DNA of 64,000 bases from Candidatus Aenigmatarchaeota archaeon. GTDB lineage: Archaea; Aenigmatarchaeota; Aenigmatarchaeia; CG10238-14; SCSR01. Shown here one piece after another: positions 10,237-19,463 of this stretch. The position numbers and the translations under genes were made by a program. The notes under the pieces were generated by a model. It was not told the origin of the DNA, did not search any database, and worked only from the letters and a program-made list of their open reading frames with translations. How positions within the stretch are numbered: the stretch's first letter is position 1; every line of letters begins with the position of its first letter. The stretch lies in NCBI GenBank assembly GCA_038998335.1, contig JAVZHQ010000002.1, positions 64,001-128,000 of the forward strand. The letters are read 5' to 3'.

Positions 10237-10276
10237 CAACTTGAATTTAAATATTTAGAGCAAACAATTTTAAATT

Positions 10277-10906
10277 ATGCTCAAGAAATTTTTGGTAATT
10301 TTTGGAATATTTCTTTTTTCTTTTATTTCTTACTTGTTCTTAAGTAGTCCTACAGCTATGAGTGTTTCACAAACAAACCCAAACTTTTGGTTTCCTCTCA
10401 GCATTTCTATAACTTTTTTAATTGTTCTTTTGCTTCTTTTAAACATAGACGAAAGAAAACTAGCAGAAAAAGTAGGAATTCTGAAAAAAATAGAGGAGCA
10501 GGAAGCTATAGAAAGAGTAAGAGAGGTTAGAAAACAGTTTGGTCTTGAGAAATATTACGAAGAACTTAGAAGAGCTAGGGAGAAGGCTGAATCAATTTAT
10601 CATAATATAAAGAAAGAGTTTGAAAAAAATGAAATTAGTGGTTTAAAAGGTGATGAAGTTAAATTATTCTACGCAAAATCCATGGTTGACGAGCTTTATG
10701 GAGCTATGCACTATTTAAAACTTAAAAAACCGAACAAAGTAATAAGATACTTGGAAGATGCTAGAAGAGCTTGTGAAGAGTTAGGCTATTCTGACTTTGC
10801 TGAAGAACTCTGGCTTTTGCAAGGAAAGATGGAAGTAACTTATAATCAACAGAAAAAAATGCTAAAAGATATTCAAGAAAAAATGTGGAAACCCTTTAAT
10901 GAATAA
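10277..10906 (+). CDS. Membrane-anchored helical protein, paralog B
   Basis: Same architecture and motifs as 9652-10236. Confidence 0.7.
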   Translation: MLKKFLVIFGIFLFSFISYLFLSSPTAMSVSQTNPNFWFPLSISITFLIVLLLLLNIDERKLAEKVGILKKIEEQEAIERVREVRKQFGLEKYYEELRRAREKAESIYHNIKKEFEKNEISGLKGDEVKLFYAKSMVDELYGAMHYLKLKKPNKVIRYLEDARRACEELGYSDFAEELWLLQGKMEVTYNQQKKMLKDIQEKMWKPFNE

Positions 10907-11031
10907 TAGCGGGGGCACGATTTGAACGTGCGACCTTTACCCCAGACTTAAGTCTGTCCGGGTGTCACAAGAGCAGCCTTATGAGCCATTCGCAAAACTT
11001 CGGCGAGCACTCCAGGCTGCTCTACCCCGCT
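10907..11031 (-). tRNA. Initiator tRNA-Met(CAU) with three introns (29/30: 10988-11000; 37/38 or 38/39: about 10964-10979; 43/44: 10937-10957)
   Basis: A1:U72 acceptor AGCGGGG/CCCCGCT; removing 13+16+21 nt gives a 75-nt tRNA with anticodon arm CCGGG-CTCATAA-CCCGG; BHB helices TCGC/GCGA and ACCC/GGGT. Confidence 0.9.
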
Positions 11032-11161
11032 TTTACAACTTATATTAAATTTGATAGAAACATAATTTAAATACTTTTACCAATAGAGTGGTAATTTTTG
11101 CTTTATTTTTAACTTTGAAAGTTGTAAACCTAATTATTTACCCAAAAAACACTTTTTCATC

Positions 11162-11476
11162 ATGTACCAAGAAAAAGGTGTTCTGAAAAGAGTGAAGGAC
11201 TACATAAAAAGTTATTTTACTTTACCTTCTTTACTTGGTGGTGCTACGGGAACTGCCATAGGTTATTGGGGATCTTTAACCGCAATCTCTCTTTACGATA
11301 TAATAACAAATAAATTACCGCAAGCGATCCAAACAGGCAATTTAAACGTTTTTCTTTATTCAAGTTATTGGGAACCGGCAGGAAAGATTGCTTTTGTTAG
11401 TGGAATCGCAGGCTTAATTCTAGCAAGAAGAGTAGAAAGGTCAACAATTTCTTTTCTCAAAAAAATCTTAAGGTGA
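11162..11476 (+). CDS. Small membrane protein, hypothetical
   Basis: 104 aa with two hydrophobic Gly-rich helices. Confidence 0.6.
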   Translation: MYQEKGVLKRVKDYIKSYFTLPSLLGGATGTAIGYWGSLTAISLYDIITNKLPQAIQTGNLNVFLYSSYWEPAGKIAFVSGIAGLILARRVERSTISFLKKILR

Positions 11477-11480
11477 TTAA

Positions 11481-12299
11481 ATGCTTCCGCTCTTTAACGA
11501 GCTAGAAGAAAAAACAATAAAAAAAGAGGAGCTTTTGGAAATTTTCAAAGAATTTGGACTAAGTGAATATGAAACAAAGGTTTATTCCGCTTTACTATTT
11601 CTTGGTTCCTCAAAAGTTGGGAAAATAAGCAAAGTGTCGAAAGTACCACAATCAAAAATTTATGGCGTGCTAGAAGAGCTTACTCAAAAGGAGTTAGTTG
11701 AGATTTTTGACGGTAGACCAAAGGAGTTCAAAGCAGTACCACCAAAAATAGCTTTTAAGAACCTTTTAGAGAGGAAGGAAGAAGAAGTTAAAATTCTTAA
11801 GAGTAGGATAGAGTTTTTGATAAAAGCTTTTAAACCTTTTGAAGTTAACGAAGAATTTGGTCAAGGAATTTGGGTACAAAAAAACGAAAAGAGTTGGGAA
11901 GTTCTAAACAGATTTTCTAGCATGTTAGAAAATTGCAAGAACTATGCTTTTGACATAACAAAAGATTTTTCCTTAACCTCTTCTTTTAGAGATTCTTTAA
12001 GAAAATGTGCAAGAAACGGCGCAAAGCTTATGGCAATAAGCACAACAAAAATTACCAGAGAAAATTTTCCCAAGGTTAAGTGGTTTTGTGATAATGGCTT
12101 AAAAATAAAAATTTTTGAAACCGAAAATCATCCAAGAGTCTTGGTAATAGATGGAAAAGAAGTTGGGGTAAAGCTCGAAAGCGATTCAAAAAAATTTTAC
12201 TTCCAATTCCTTTGGTCAAAAAATAAGTCTTTAGTTAGAATTTTTGACAATTATGCAAAAACTTTATGGAGAATTGCAAAGCCTTTAAGAGTTACATAA
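11481..12299 (+). CDS. TrmB-family transcriptional regulator
   Basis: 'FGLSEYETKVYSALL...SKVPQSKIYGVLEEL...GRPKEFKAVPP' plus C-terminal PLD-like effector domain. Confidence 0.9.
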   Translation: MLPLFNELEEKTIKKEELLEIFKEFGLSEYETKVYSALLFLGSSKVGKISKVSKVPQSKIYGVLEELTQKELVEIFDGRPKEFKAVPPKIAFKNLLERKEEEVKILKSRIEFLIKAFKPFEVNEEFGQGIWVQKNEKSWEVLNRFSSMLENCKNYAFDITKDFSLTSSFRDSLRKCARNGAKLMAISTTKITRENFPKVKWFCDNGLKIKIFETENHPRVLVIDGKEVGVKLESDSKKFYFQFLWSKNKSLVRIFDNYAKTLWRIAKPLRVT

Positions 12300-13370
12300 T
12301 AACTTGGAGATTGAAATCATTCTAGTTTTTCCTTTCATCCCTTTTTTTACTTCTTTTACTTTTATTAACTTAACTTGGTTAAGATGATTTATCAAATCTC
12401 TAAAGGCTCTATCACTTATCGGCCTTTCAACTCTCTTGCAATATTCTTCGTACAATTCACCTGAAGTCAAGCTTTTTCTCTCCTTCAATATTTCAAGAAT
12501 AATTTTCTCATTTCCGCTTACGCTTTCTTCCAAGATTTTTGGTTTTGCAGGCTTAATCTCAGGCAGAACTTCCTTAACATGCGAAACTTTAAGTTTGTTA
12601 GAATTTTCACTTTCTGCCAACCTACCTGCTTTTAACAAGCATTCTAACCCAACTCTCACATCACTTCCTTTTTGAACTGCAAAATTTGCTACCAGAATGG
12701 CTACCCCTTCTTCCACAGAATGAAAAGCATTCTTAATTCTTTCCTCAAGAATATCTTTCATCTCTTGCAAGCTGTACGGCTTAAATTCGATTTCCTCTAT
12801 TCTCAGGCTACTTTTTATTCTTGGGTCAAGCTTAACAAAAACATCTTTAAAGTTTGAAATAAAAACAAGACAAACTGGGTTTTTTAAGTACTGATTTATT
12901 CTTAACAAATCGTAAAGAACTTCTTCACTTTTGAAGATTAGTTGGTCGACCTCATCTAAACAAACTACTAAACCTTTTTTCGTCTTCCCTAAAAATTCAA
13001 TTAACCTTTCGAGAACTTCATCTTTGCTTATCCCTCTTCTTGGAACAAATATTTCCAACTCGTTTGCTATTTTTGTGAGAATAGAAAGAGCAGTATTATA
13101 GCTCCAACAATTTATGTAAATTGTTTTCACACTTTCGCTAAACTCTTCAAACTCCCGAAAAACAAATTTAACAACATGAGTTTTTCCTATTCCTGGTGGA
13201 CCAAAAATGAAGGTGTTTTGTCCTGCTAAGCCTTTTGCTACTGGCATTAAATTTCTTGCTATTTGTTTTATCTTATCTTCTCGATGAGGCAAAAACTCTG
13301 GTAAGTAATCTGGAGATAAAACTTCCTCATTTTTAAAAATTTTTGATTCAATTTCTGAAAAAGTATTCAT
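12285..13370 (-). CDS. cdc6: Orc1/Cdc6 replication initiation protein
   Basis: 'LSPDYLPEFLPHRE', Walker A GPPGIGKT, Walker B LDEVD, 'FKPYS', C-terminal wHTH. Confidence 0.93.
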   Translation of the reverse strand: MNTFSEIESKIFKNEEVLSPDYLPEFLPHREDKIKQIARNLMPVAKGLAGQNTFIFGPPGIGKTHVVKFVFREFEEFSESVKTIYINCWSYNTALSILTKIANELEIFVPRRGISKDEVLERLIEFLGKTKKGLVVCLDEVDQLIFKSEEVLYDLLRINQYLKNPVCLVFISNFKDVFVKLDPRIKSSLRIEEIEFKPYSLQEMKDILEERIKNAFHSVEEGVAILVANFAVQKGSDVRVGLECLLKAGRLAESENSNKLKVSHVKEVLPEIKPAKPKILEESVSGNEKIILEILKERKSLTSGELYEEYCKRVERPISDRAFRDLINHLNQVKLIKVKEVKKGMKGKTRMISISKLLCNS

Positions 13371-14971
13371 AAAACTTCCTTCAATTTTTTAATCGATTCC
13401 TCTTTTGTTTCTATCAAATAAGGTCCTAGTCTTGGACCTTTCTCTACTTTTAAGAGAATTTTGTAGAGAAGTTTGAAGAAACTTGCTGGTTTAATTCCAT
13501 AACTTCTTGAAATTTCAAAAATTTTTGTCTGTACTTTTTCTCCGTCTTCTTCTTTTTCTAGATTTTCAACAAGCTCTTTTATTGCTTTCTTTTCCTCTTC
13601 AGAAATTTCTACTTCAGCTTCTATCTTTTCGTCTTCAACCCAATTCTTAGCAAACTCGAGTTTTTTCTTCAGATCTTCTATTAATTCTTTATCAACTTCT
13701 CTTACAAGTTTCATTTTCTTTAGCTTTTCTAAAGCAAATTCAAGCTGATTTTTTTCTGGTAGTATCCTTGCAATCTCAACAAGCCTTAAGTAAGGAATGC
13801 TTAAAGACGGTTTTTTAGGCGGACTGAGAAAATAAACATACTCAAAAAGTCTTTTTGCGTTCGTCAAGTCTCTTTCGTTTTCAACTTTTTCTAGCCCAAA
13901 ATAAATTCTCTCAAGCTTGCTAAGTTCGTCCATATACTTTGGGATATCCGTAACATCAAGCTCTCTTGTTCCTTCAAATCTTTTGAACATTAAAAGAATC
14001 AAGCTTTGAACGCTGCCATACCGAAACCAAACTTGGGGAGTAAAAACATTTCCATAAGATTTTGAAATTTTTTTACCTCCTTTTTCTAGAAACATTTCGT
14101 ATACTATGTGAAGAGGCGGTTCAAAACCTAGAACTTCTCTACAAATTGTGTCGTTAACTCTAACCGAGTCATGAATGTCTTTCCCATAAGCTTCAAAAAC
14201 AATTCCTAAGGTTTTCCATCTTGCTGCAAACTCTCCTTTCCAACTTAGTTTTCCGTTTCCCTTAAAGTAGCTTGCCTCACCTTTATAACCACAGCCCTTA
14301 ACTATAATTTCTTTTCCGGTGTTCAAGTTTTTTCCCACAAATTGTTGGTCGCAAACATAAAGCACTTTATGCTCTTCAGGAATAAGCTGATAAGCTCGGG
14401 TTGTGTAGATTTTTCCACATTTTTCACAAACAGGAAAATAAGGAAGCATTTCCACAAATTTTTCTTGCCCAAGTAAATCTTTCACTATTCTTCCAATTTT
14501 TTCCGCGTTCAAAAGAATTTGCTCTATTTCCTTGTCTAAAACTCCTTTTCTATAGTTTTCTGTTCCAGATTGGAAAGTGTAATCTATCCCAGCCTTTTCT
14601 ATAGCTTCTATAAGCAAGGAGCTCATATGCTCGCCATAACTTGAATGACATTTAAAAGGATCTGGAATGTCAGTAACAGGCACTCCTATATAATCTTCGA
14701 GCCAGTTTGGCATGGTTAAAGGAACCTTTCTTAAGCCATCTCTATCATCAGAGTAAGCAATAAACTCTGATTTAAAGCCTAAATCTCTCAAACCCAAAGT
14801 TACCCCATACTGTCTAATAACATCACCAAAACTACCTAGATGAGGAAAACCGGAAGCTCCTAAGCCTGATTCTGTCCTTAAAACTTTTAACTTCCTTTTT
14901 AATTTCTCTTCTCTTTCAACTATTTGCCTTGCTATTCTATCAATCCAGAACTCATACTTTTTCTTTTCCAT
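13367..14971 (-). CDS. lysS: Lysyl-tRNA synthetase, class I
   Basis: 'SGFPHLGS' (HIGH-like), 'KISKSYGN' (KMSKS-like), 'GPRLG'. Confidence 0.96.
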   Translation of the reverse strand: MEKKKYEFWIDRIARQIVEREEKLKRKLKVLRTESGLGASGFPHLGSFGDVIRQYGVTLGLRDLGFKSEFIAYSDDRDGLRKVPLTMPNWLEDYIGVPVTDIPDPFKCHSSYGEHMSSLLIEAIEKAGIDYTFQSGTENYRKGVLDKEIEQILLNAEKIGRIVKDLLGQEKFVEMLPYFPVCEKCGKIYTTRAYQLIPEEHKVLYVCDQQFVGKNLNTGKEIIVKGCGYKGEASYFKGNGKLSWKGEFAARWKTLGIVFEAYGKDIHDSVRVNDTICREVLGFEPPLHIVYEMFLEKGGKKISKSYGNVFTPQVWFRYGSVQSLILLMFKRFEGTRELDVTDIPKYMDELSKLERIYFGLEKVENERDLTNAKRLFEYVYFLSPPKKPSLSIPYLRLVEIARILPEKNQLEFALEKLKKMKLVREVDKELIEDLKKKLEFAKNWVEDEKIEAEVEISEEEKKAIKELVENLEKEEDGEKVQTKIFEISRSYGIKPASFFKLLYKILLKVEKGPRLGPYLIETKEESIKKLKEVL

Positions 14972-14995
14972 TTCTCTCAACTTTTAAAAAGTTTG

Positions 14996-15066
14996 TGGGC
15001 CTGCCAGGAATTGAACCTGGTTCTTGGCGTTGTAAGCGCCACGTCCTACCGTTAGACTACAGGCCC
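14996..15066 (-). tRNA. tRNA-Val(UAC), no intron
   Basis: GGGCCTG...CAGGCCC-A; anticodon arm TGGCG-CTTACAA-CGCCA; T-arm CCAGG-TTCAATT-CCTGG. Confidence 0.95.
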
Positions 15067-15113
15067 TTATGCCAATATTTATTTGTATCGAGTAAACTAA
15101 TAAATTATTTTTC

Positions 15114-15596
15114 TCAAAGCTTAAGAGAATGTTCAATCCTTATAGGTATTTCCTTTGATTTTTTATTTTTATCGTCTTCTAAAATTTTATAAGCTTTGAT
15201 TAAACCATAGCTAACGTAAGAAACATTTCTTCTAAAGAACTTTTCTTCAAATTCAGCTCTTGCCCATAAAACTATCTCCAAGTCTTTTGCCACATCTAAA
15301 TCATCCGGAGATAAATCTATTTTGCCGTTCGGATGTGAATGATACTGAAAAAACAAATAGCTTGGATTAAATTTCTTAAACATTCTAACGTACATTTCTG
15401 TTCTTTGATTGTCAACTTCATTGTAGCTAGCCTTTTCAAAGACAGGAACTACACCCTTCAAGTAGAATTTTTTATCTTTCTCCATTCCATAAACAAAACC
15501 ACTAAATTCTGTTCTAGCAAGAGCCGATATTCTTGCCAGCTCTGTTAATCTAATAGCATCTACTGTTGACAAACAAATCTCTTCTATTTCTACCAT
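15114..15596 (-). CDS. JAB/MPN (JAMM) domain protein
   Basis: 'TEFSGFVYG' and 'YHSHP...LSPDD' JAMM-like motif. Confidence 0.75.
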   Translation of the reverse strand: MVEIEEICLSTVDAIRLTELARISALARTEFSGFVYGMEKDKKFYLKGVVPVFEKASYNEVDNQRTEMYVRMFKKFNPSYLFFQYHSHPNGKIDLSPDDLDVAKDLEIVLWARAEFEEKFFRRNVSYVSYGLIKAYKILEDDKNKKSKEIPIRIEHSLKL

Positions 15597-15628
15597 AAGA
15601 ATTAAAAACAATCTTAAAGTTTAAATTT

Positions 15629-16105
15629 CTAATTTCTAACCTTAAGAAAATCAGAATATTCAAGAATTAACTCTTCTGGAACAAGTATTTTCTTGTAGCT
15701 TAGAATTCCTTTTTCAGCAAGCTTTTTATCAGAAGTTAGAAGAGTTAATTTTTCTCTTTTTGAAATGAACAAGTGTAAAGCATCTTTTGCTTCTAAACCA
15801 AAATTTTTTACTAAGTTAGCAATTGAAGAATTTAGACTAAACTCTTCTATTATTTCTGCCTTACTTTCTTCTAGAAACTTTTTAAGGAGGAGTGAAATTT
15901 TATTTTTATCTAATTTAAATTCCTTTTGCATTACTTCAAAAACCTCTGCCAAAACCCAAGAAGAAACAAAAATCTTAAAGTTATTGTTTAAACTTAAAGC
16001 CTTGATTATAAACGGGACTTTTCTTTTGTTGATCATGTTTTTAAAGTATCTTAAAAGTATGTTTGAGTCAAGGTATAGCTTTTCAATTTCTATAAATTTA
16101 TGCAT
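15629..16105 (-). CDS. PIN domain protein (VapC-like)
   Basis: 'LYLDSNIL', 'VLAEV', 'DALHL', 'LLTSDKKL'. Confidence 0.88.
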   Translation of the reverse strand: MHKFIEIEKLYLDSNILLRYFKNMINKRKVPFIIKALSLNNNFKIFVSSWVLAEVFEVMQKEFKLDKNKISLLLKKFLEESKAEIIEEFSLNSSIANLVKNFGLEAKDALHLFISKREKLTLLTSDKKLAEKGILSYKKILVPEELILEYSDFLKVRN

Positions 16106-16164
16106 AGAAAAATTTATATACTAATAATATTTAAATATTTTGGGAGTTCACTTCCGGTGATCTA

Positions 16165-16620
16165 ATGAAAATAAAAAATGTAGAATACGATACAAAAAAT
16201 GCACAAAAAATATTTGAACTGCTTGAAAAAAACCCTAGAGGGTTAACAATTAGTGAGATTTCTAGAGAGCTTAGACTAAACCGCCATACTGTAACAAAAC
16301 TTTTAGAAAGAATGCTTATAGAAAAAAAAGTAAACTATGAGGAAAAAGGCCCAGCAAAAATTTTTTACTCAGTTGGAACAAGCAAGTTTGTTGGAAGAAT
16401 TGACCAAGAAAAAGATACGCTTTGGTTTAACGTTTTTAAACCAAAGTATCCTGGGGAAGAAGAATTTTTAAGAATAAACCAGACAAAGCACGATTATCTT
16501 ATTAGGTCTTCTACTAAGTTTAAGTCTGTTGGTGCAGTTGCTATTAAAAAAAGTAGTTTAGTAAGTGTGATTAAGTTATTAAAAGAAGTAGCAAAAAGAG
16601 AGTTTGGTTTAGAAGTTTAA
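16165..16620 (+). CDS. Winged-helix DNA-binding protein with extra C-terminal domain
   Basis: 'NPRGLTISEISRELRLNRHTVTKLLERM...EEKGPAKIFY' wHTH. Confidence 0.8.
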   Translation: MKIKNVEYDTKNAQKIFELLEKNPRGLTISEISRELRLNRHTVTKLLERMLIEKKVNYEEKGPAKIFYSVGTSKFVGRIDQEKDTLWFNVFKPKYPGEEEFLRINQTKHDYLIRSSTKFKSVGAVAIKKSSLVSVIKLLKEVAKREFGLEV

Positions 16621-17339
16621 GACGCTACCAATCCTAGAGTTGCTGCAATTATAAATACAATTTGTCTTATCTCAAACCTTGGTCTCCAGTTAAAATAGTT
16701 AGAAGAAAGTTTAATTGTACCCTTATCACCGTTTATAGTTACTTGATATTTACTAGAATTCAGGAATTTTATCTTTGGCCTAAAGCTTATAACTCTTAAG
16801 CAGCTAGGAAACTTTGCCAAATAAAAATTAAACTTTCTATTTTTTTCCAAATAATTCCCTTTTAAAACTTCATAAATTAAACCTTCTATATTTCTAAACA
16901 TAGCTTGTTTAAGTTCTATCGCATGTTTTGAATAAATTTCCTTAAGTTTTTGTGAATCGAGCTTAAGAGGATGGAACTTTACCTTAAGCAAACTTTCAAG
17001 AAGAAGAACTATTTCTTCAGTTTTTTTGTCAGGACCTCGATAAACTTCAAGAGTTTTAGTTAAAGTGTTAATAAAGCAATAAGTTCTTTTCAAGATTTTG
17101 TTTTTGCCGTTTTGTTTCAAAAAACTAACTATTTCATAAATATCTTCTTCTGAAAAAGCCTTTTTTAAAGCATCCTCTAAACTTTCATAGTAAAAATATT
17201 GAACAAAAACTTCATTCTTATCATACCTGCTAACCTTTGCTTCTATCCAGCTATCTTTGAATTTTTTGTTGTTCAAAATTCCGCATATTTCAAAAGGACT
17301 AGGAAGTTTTTCAAAAAGAAAAACTGTTATGGTTGGCAT
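16617..17339 (-). CDS. Hypothetical protein
   Basis: 240 aa ORF, no recognised motif. Confidence 0.65.
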   Translation of the reverse strand: MPTITVFLFEKLPSPFEICGILNNKKFKDSWIEAKVSRYDKNEVFVQYFYYESLEDALKKAFSEEDIYEIVSFLKQNGKNKILKRTYCFINTLTKTLEVYRGPDKKTEEIVLLLESLLKVKFHPLKLDSQKLKEIYSKHAIELKQAMFRNIEGLIYEVLKGNYLEKNRKFNFYLAKFPSCLRVISFRPKIKFLNSSKYQVTINGDKGTIKLSSNYFNWRPRFEIRQIVFIIAATLGLVAS

Positions 17340-17395
17340 GATTAAGAAAATGAAAAATAAGACTGATAAAAATTTTTAACTTAAGGAAGTGGTAA

Positions 17396-17842
17396 CTACC
17401 AGACAATTACTCTTAACCAAACTCTTTTAATTTTTCCGTTCAAATCTTGAATCAACATTGGTTCTTCATAAGCTATTCTGTTAGTTGAGCTGGCAATTTT
17501 TCCATAATAAGGAGAAACTTTTAAAAATGTAAAATTAGAAATTCCACTAATATTAACAAAAATTTGATGGTTTTTAATTTCTTCGGGGGCATTAAAAACA
17601 CAAGACCAATGACCTGTTGAATTTGTATTGGGACAAGTTATTTCTCTATCAACAAAAATTTTTACTTCAGCGTTTTGAATTGGCATACCATTAAAATCTT
17701 TTGCTTCGCCATAAGCTAGAATAGTATCCTGCCACCAAGAAACTGAAGAATTTAAGTTTAAAGTTACTATTCCTTCTTCAGAAGCATAAGCAAAGACTAA
17801 AAAAATTAGTAGAAAAATTAAAAAAGGTAATAAGAGCTTCAT
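17396..17842 (-). CDS. Secreted Ig-like protein, hypothetical
   Basis: Signal peptide and beta-rich 'NGMPIQNAEVKI...TNSTGHW' pattern. Confidence 0.65.
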   Translation of the reverse strand: MKLLLPFLIFLLIFLVFAYASEEGIVTLNLNSSVSWWQDTILAYGEAKDFNGMPIQNAEVKIFVDREITCPNTNSTGHWSCVFNAPEEIKNHQIFVNISGISNFTFLKVSPYYGKIASSTNRIAYEEPMLIQDLNGKIKRVWLRVIVW

Positions 17843-17881
17843 GTTTAATATTAAGTTACTTTAAATTAAAATTGTGATTGT

Positions 17882-18283
17882 ATGGAAGAAAAAGAGCTTC
17901 AAGAAAAAATATTTGTTTACAGGCTTTTGGAAGCTAGACTAAATTCTTTACTTAAAGAAAGAGAATTGTTAATAGCAAAAATTGTAGAAATTCAAACAAC
18001 TTTACAAAGTATAGAGGAAATTAAGAAAGGCGAGGAAGTACTTTTTGCCTTAGGCTCAGAAGCTTATGCTTTTGGAAAGTTGAAAGAAAAAAATAGGATT
18101 ATAGTTGAGGTTGGTAGCAATATAGCCTTGGAGAAAAATTTTGAAGACGCAAAAAAAACTTTAGAAAAAAGAAGAATCGAAATGGAAAAAACTTTAAACG
18201 AAGTAGAGAAAAGTATTGTTGAAGTTTCTTCAAGACTCCAAGAGCTCGCTCCAGAAATAGAGAAACTAGCTAAAGGGAGTTGA
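17882..18283 (+). CDS. pfdA: Prefoldin alpha subunit
   Basis: Coiled coil with central beta-hairpins 'LFALGSEAY...IIVEVGSNIALEK'; upstream of ftsY. Confidence 0.93.
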   Translation: MEEKELQEKIFVYRLLEARLNSLLKERELLIAKIVEIQTTLQSIEEIKKGEEVLFALGSEAYAFGKLKEKNRIIVEVGSNIALEKNFEDAKKTLEKRRIEMEKTLNEVEKSIVEVSSRLQELAPEIEKLAKGS

Positions 18284-19411
18284 ATGTTTGGGGTTCTTAA
18301 GAAAAAAATTTCAAAAGCAATAGAAGCTATCTCTGAGAAATTTAAGAAAAAAGAAGAAGTTAGCGAAAAAATTGAGAAAAAAATTGAAGAAATAGAAGAG
18401 AAAGAACCTGAAAAAGTTATCGAAGAAATAAAAAAAGAAAGCCCAAGCGAAGAATTTAAGAAAATTCTCGAAGAAAGCGAAAAGGAAATAAAAGAAGCTA
18501 AGCCAAAAGAGAGAAAAAGTCTTATAAAAAAAGTGAAGGAGAAGATAATAAAGAAAATAAGAGAAAAAAAGTTAGAAGAAAAAGATTTGCTTCCTGTTCT
18601 TAATGAAATGAAGTTTGATTTAATAGAGGCTGACGTTACCTTAGAAGTTGCAGAAAAAATAATAAACGAACTTAAAAATAGCCTTTTAGGAAAAGAAGTC
18701 AAGAAAGGTGAGGAAGAAAAAGTTATAAAAGAAGCTTTAAGGAAAAGCTTGTTTGAGATCCTCTCTGTTCCAAAAATAAGTCTTGAGGAAACAATAGAAA
18801 AAGCGAAAAGAGAAAATAGACCTGCACTTTTTGTTTTTCTTGGGTTTAACGGTGTAGGCAAATCTTTGAACCTAGCAAAAGTAGCTCTTTGGCTCAAGAA
18901 TAAAGGTTACAAACCTTTGATAGCTGCAGGTGATACTTTTAGAGCTGCTGCAATAGACCAAATAGAAGAATACGCAAAAATTGTTAACGTGCCAGTAATC
19001 AAACAAAAGTATGGAGCTGATTCTTGTGCAGTAATTTATGATGCAAGAAAGGCTGCAGAAGCCAGAGGTTTTGACGTAGTTTTAGCTGACACTGCGGGAA
19101 GAAGCCATACAAACAAGAATTTGATGGAAGAACTGAACAAGATTTGCAGAGTTAACAAGCCAGACTTAAAAATTTTGGTTTTAGATAGTTTAAGTGGGAG
19201 TGATGTTATTAATCAATTTAATTTTTTTGATAAAACTGTAGGTGTTGATGCAATTATATTCTCTAAGGTTGATGTAAACGAAAAAGGAGGAAACATCCTT
19301 TCTGTTTGCCATACTTTCAAAAGACCCATTTTGTTTATTGGTACTGGCCAAGGTTCTAAAGACTTAAAAGAATATGAACCAAACTTTTTTGTCTCAAACT
19401 TGGTTGATTAA
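18284..19411 (+). CDS. ftsY: SRP receptor FtsY
   Basis: Acidic N-terminus, GFNGVGKS, DTFRAAA, DTAGR, KVD..KGG. Confidence 0.96.
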   Translation: MFGVLKKKISKAIEAISEKFKKKEEVSEKIEKKIEEIEEKEPEKVIEEIKKESPSEEFKKILEESEKEIKEAKPKERKSLIKKVKEKIIKKIREKKLEEKDLLPVLNEMKFDLIEADVTLEVAEKIINELKNSLLGKEVKKGEEEKVIKEALRKSLFEILSVPKISLEETIEKAKRENRPALFVFLGFNGVGKSLNLAKVALWLKNKGYKPLIAAGDTFRAAAIDQIEEYAKIVNVPVIKQKYGADSCAVIYDARKAAEARGFDVVLADTAGRSHTNKNLMEELNKICRVNKPDLKILVLDSLSGSDVINQFNFFDKTVGVDAIIFSKVDVNEKGGNILSVCHTFKRPILFIGTGQGSKDLKEYEPNFFVSNLVD

Positions 19412-19463
19412 TAATCAGTTAATGGTTAAAAATTTTAATTTGAAAAAAAGTCAAATAATAAAT

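Noticed and set aside
12285-13400. Replication origin next to cdc6
   Set aside because: The gene overlaps both neighbours, leaving no intergenic space, and I saw no ORB-like repeats.
18064-18897. 277-aa antisense ORF over ftsY and similar Phe/Ser-rich shadow ORFs
   Set aside because: These are reverse-complement artefacts of Lys/Glu-rich coding strands overlapping well-supported genes.
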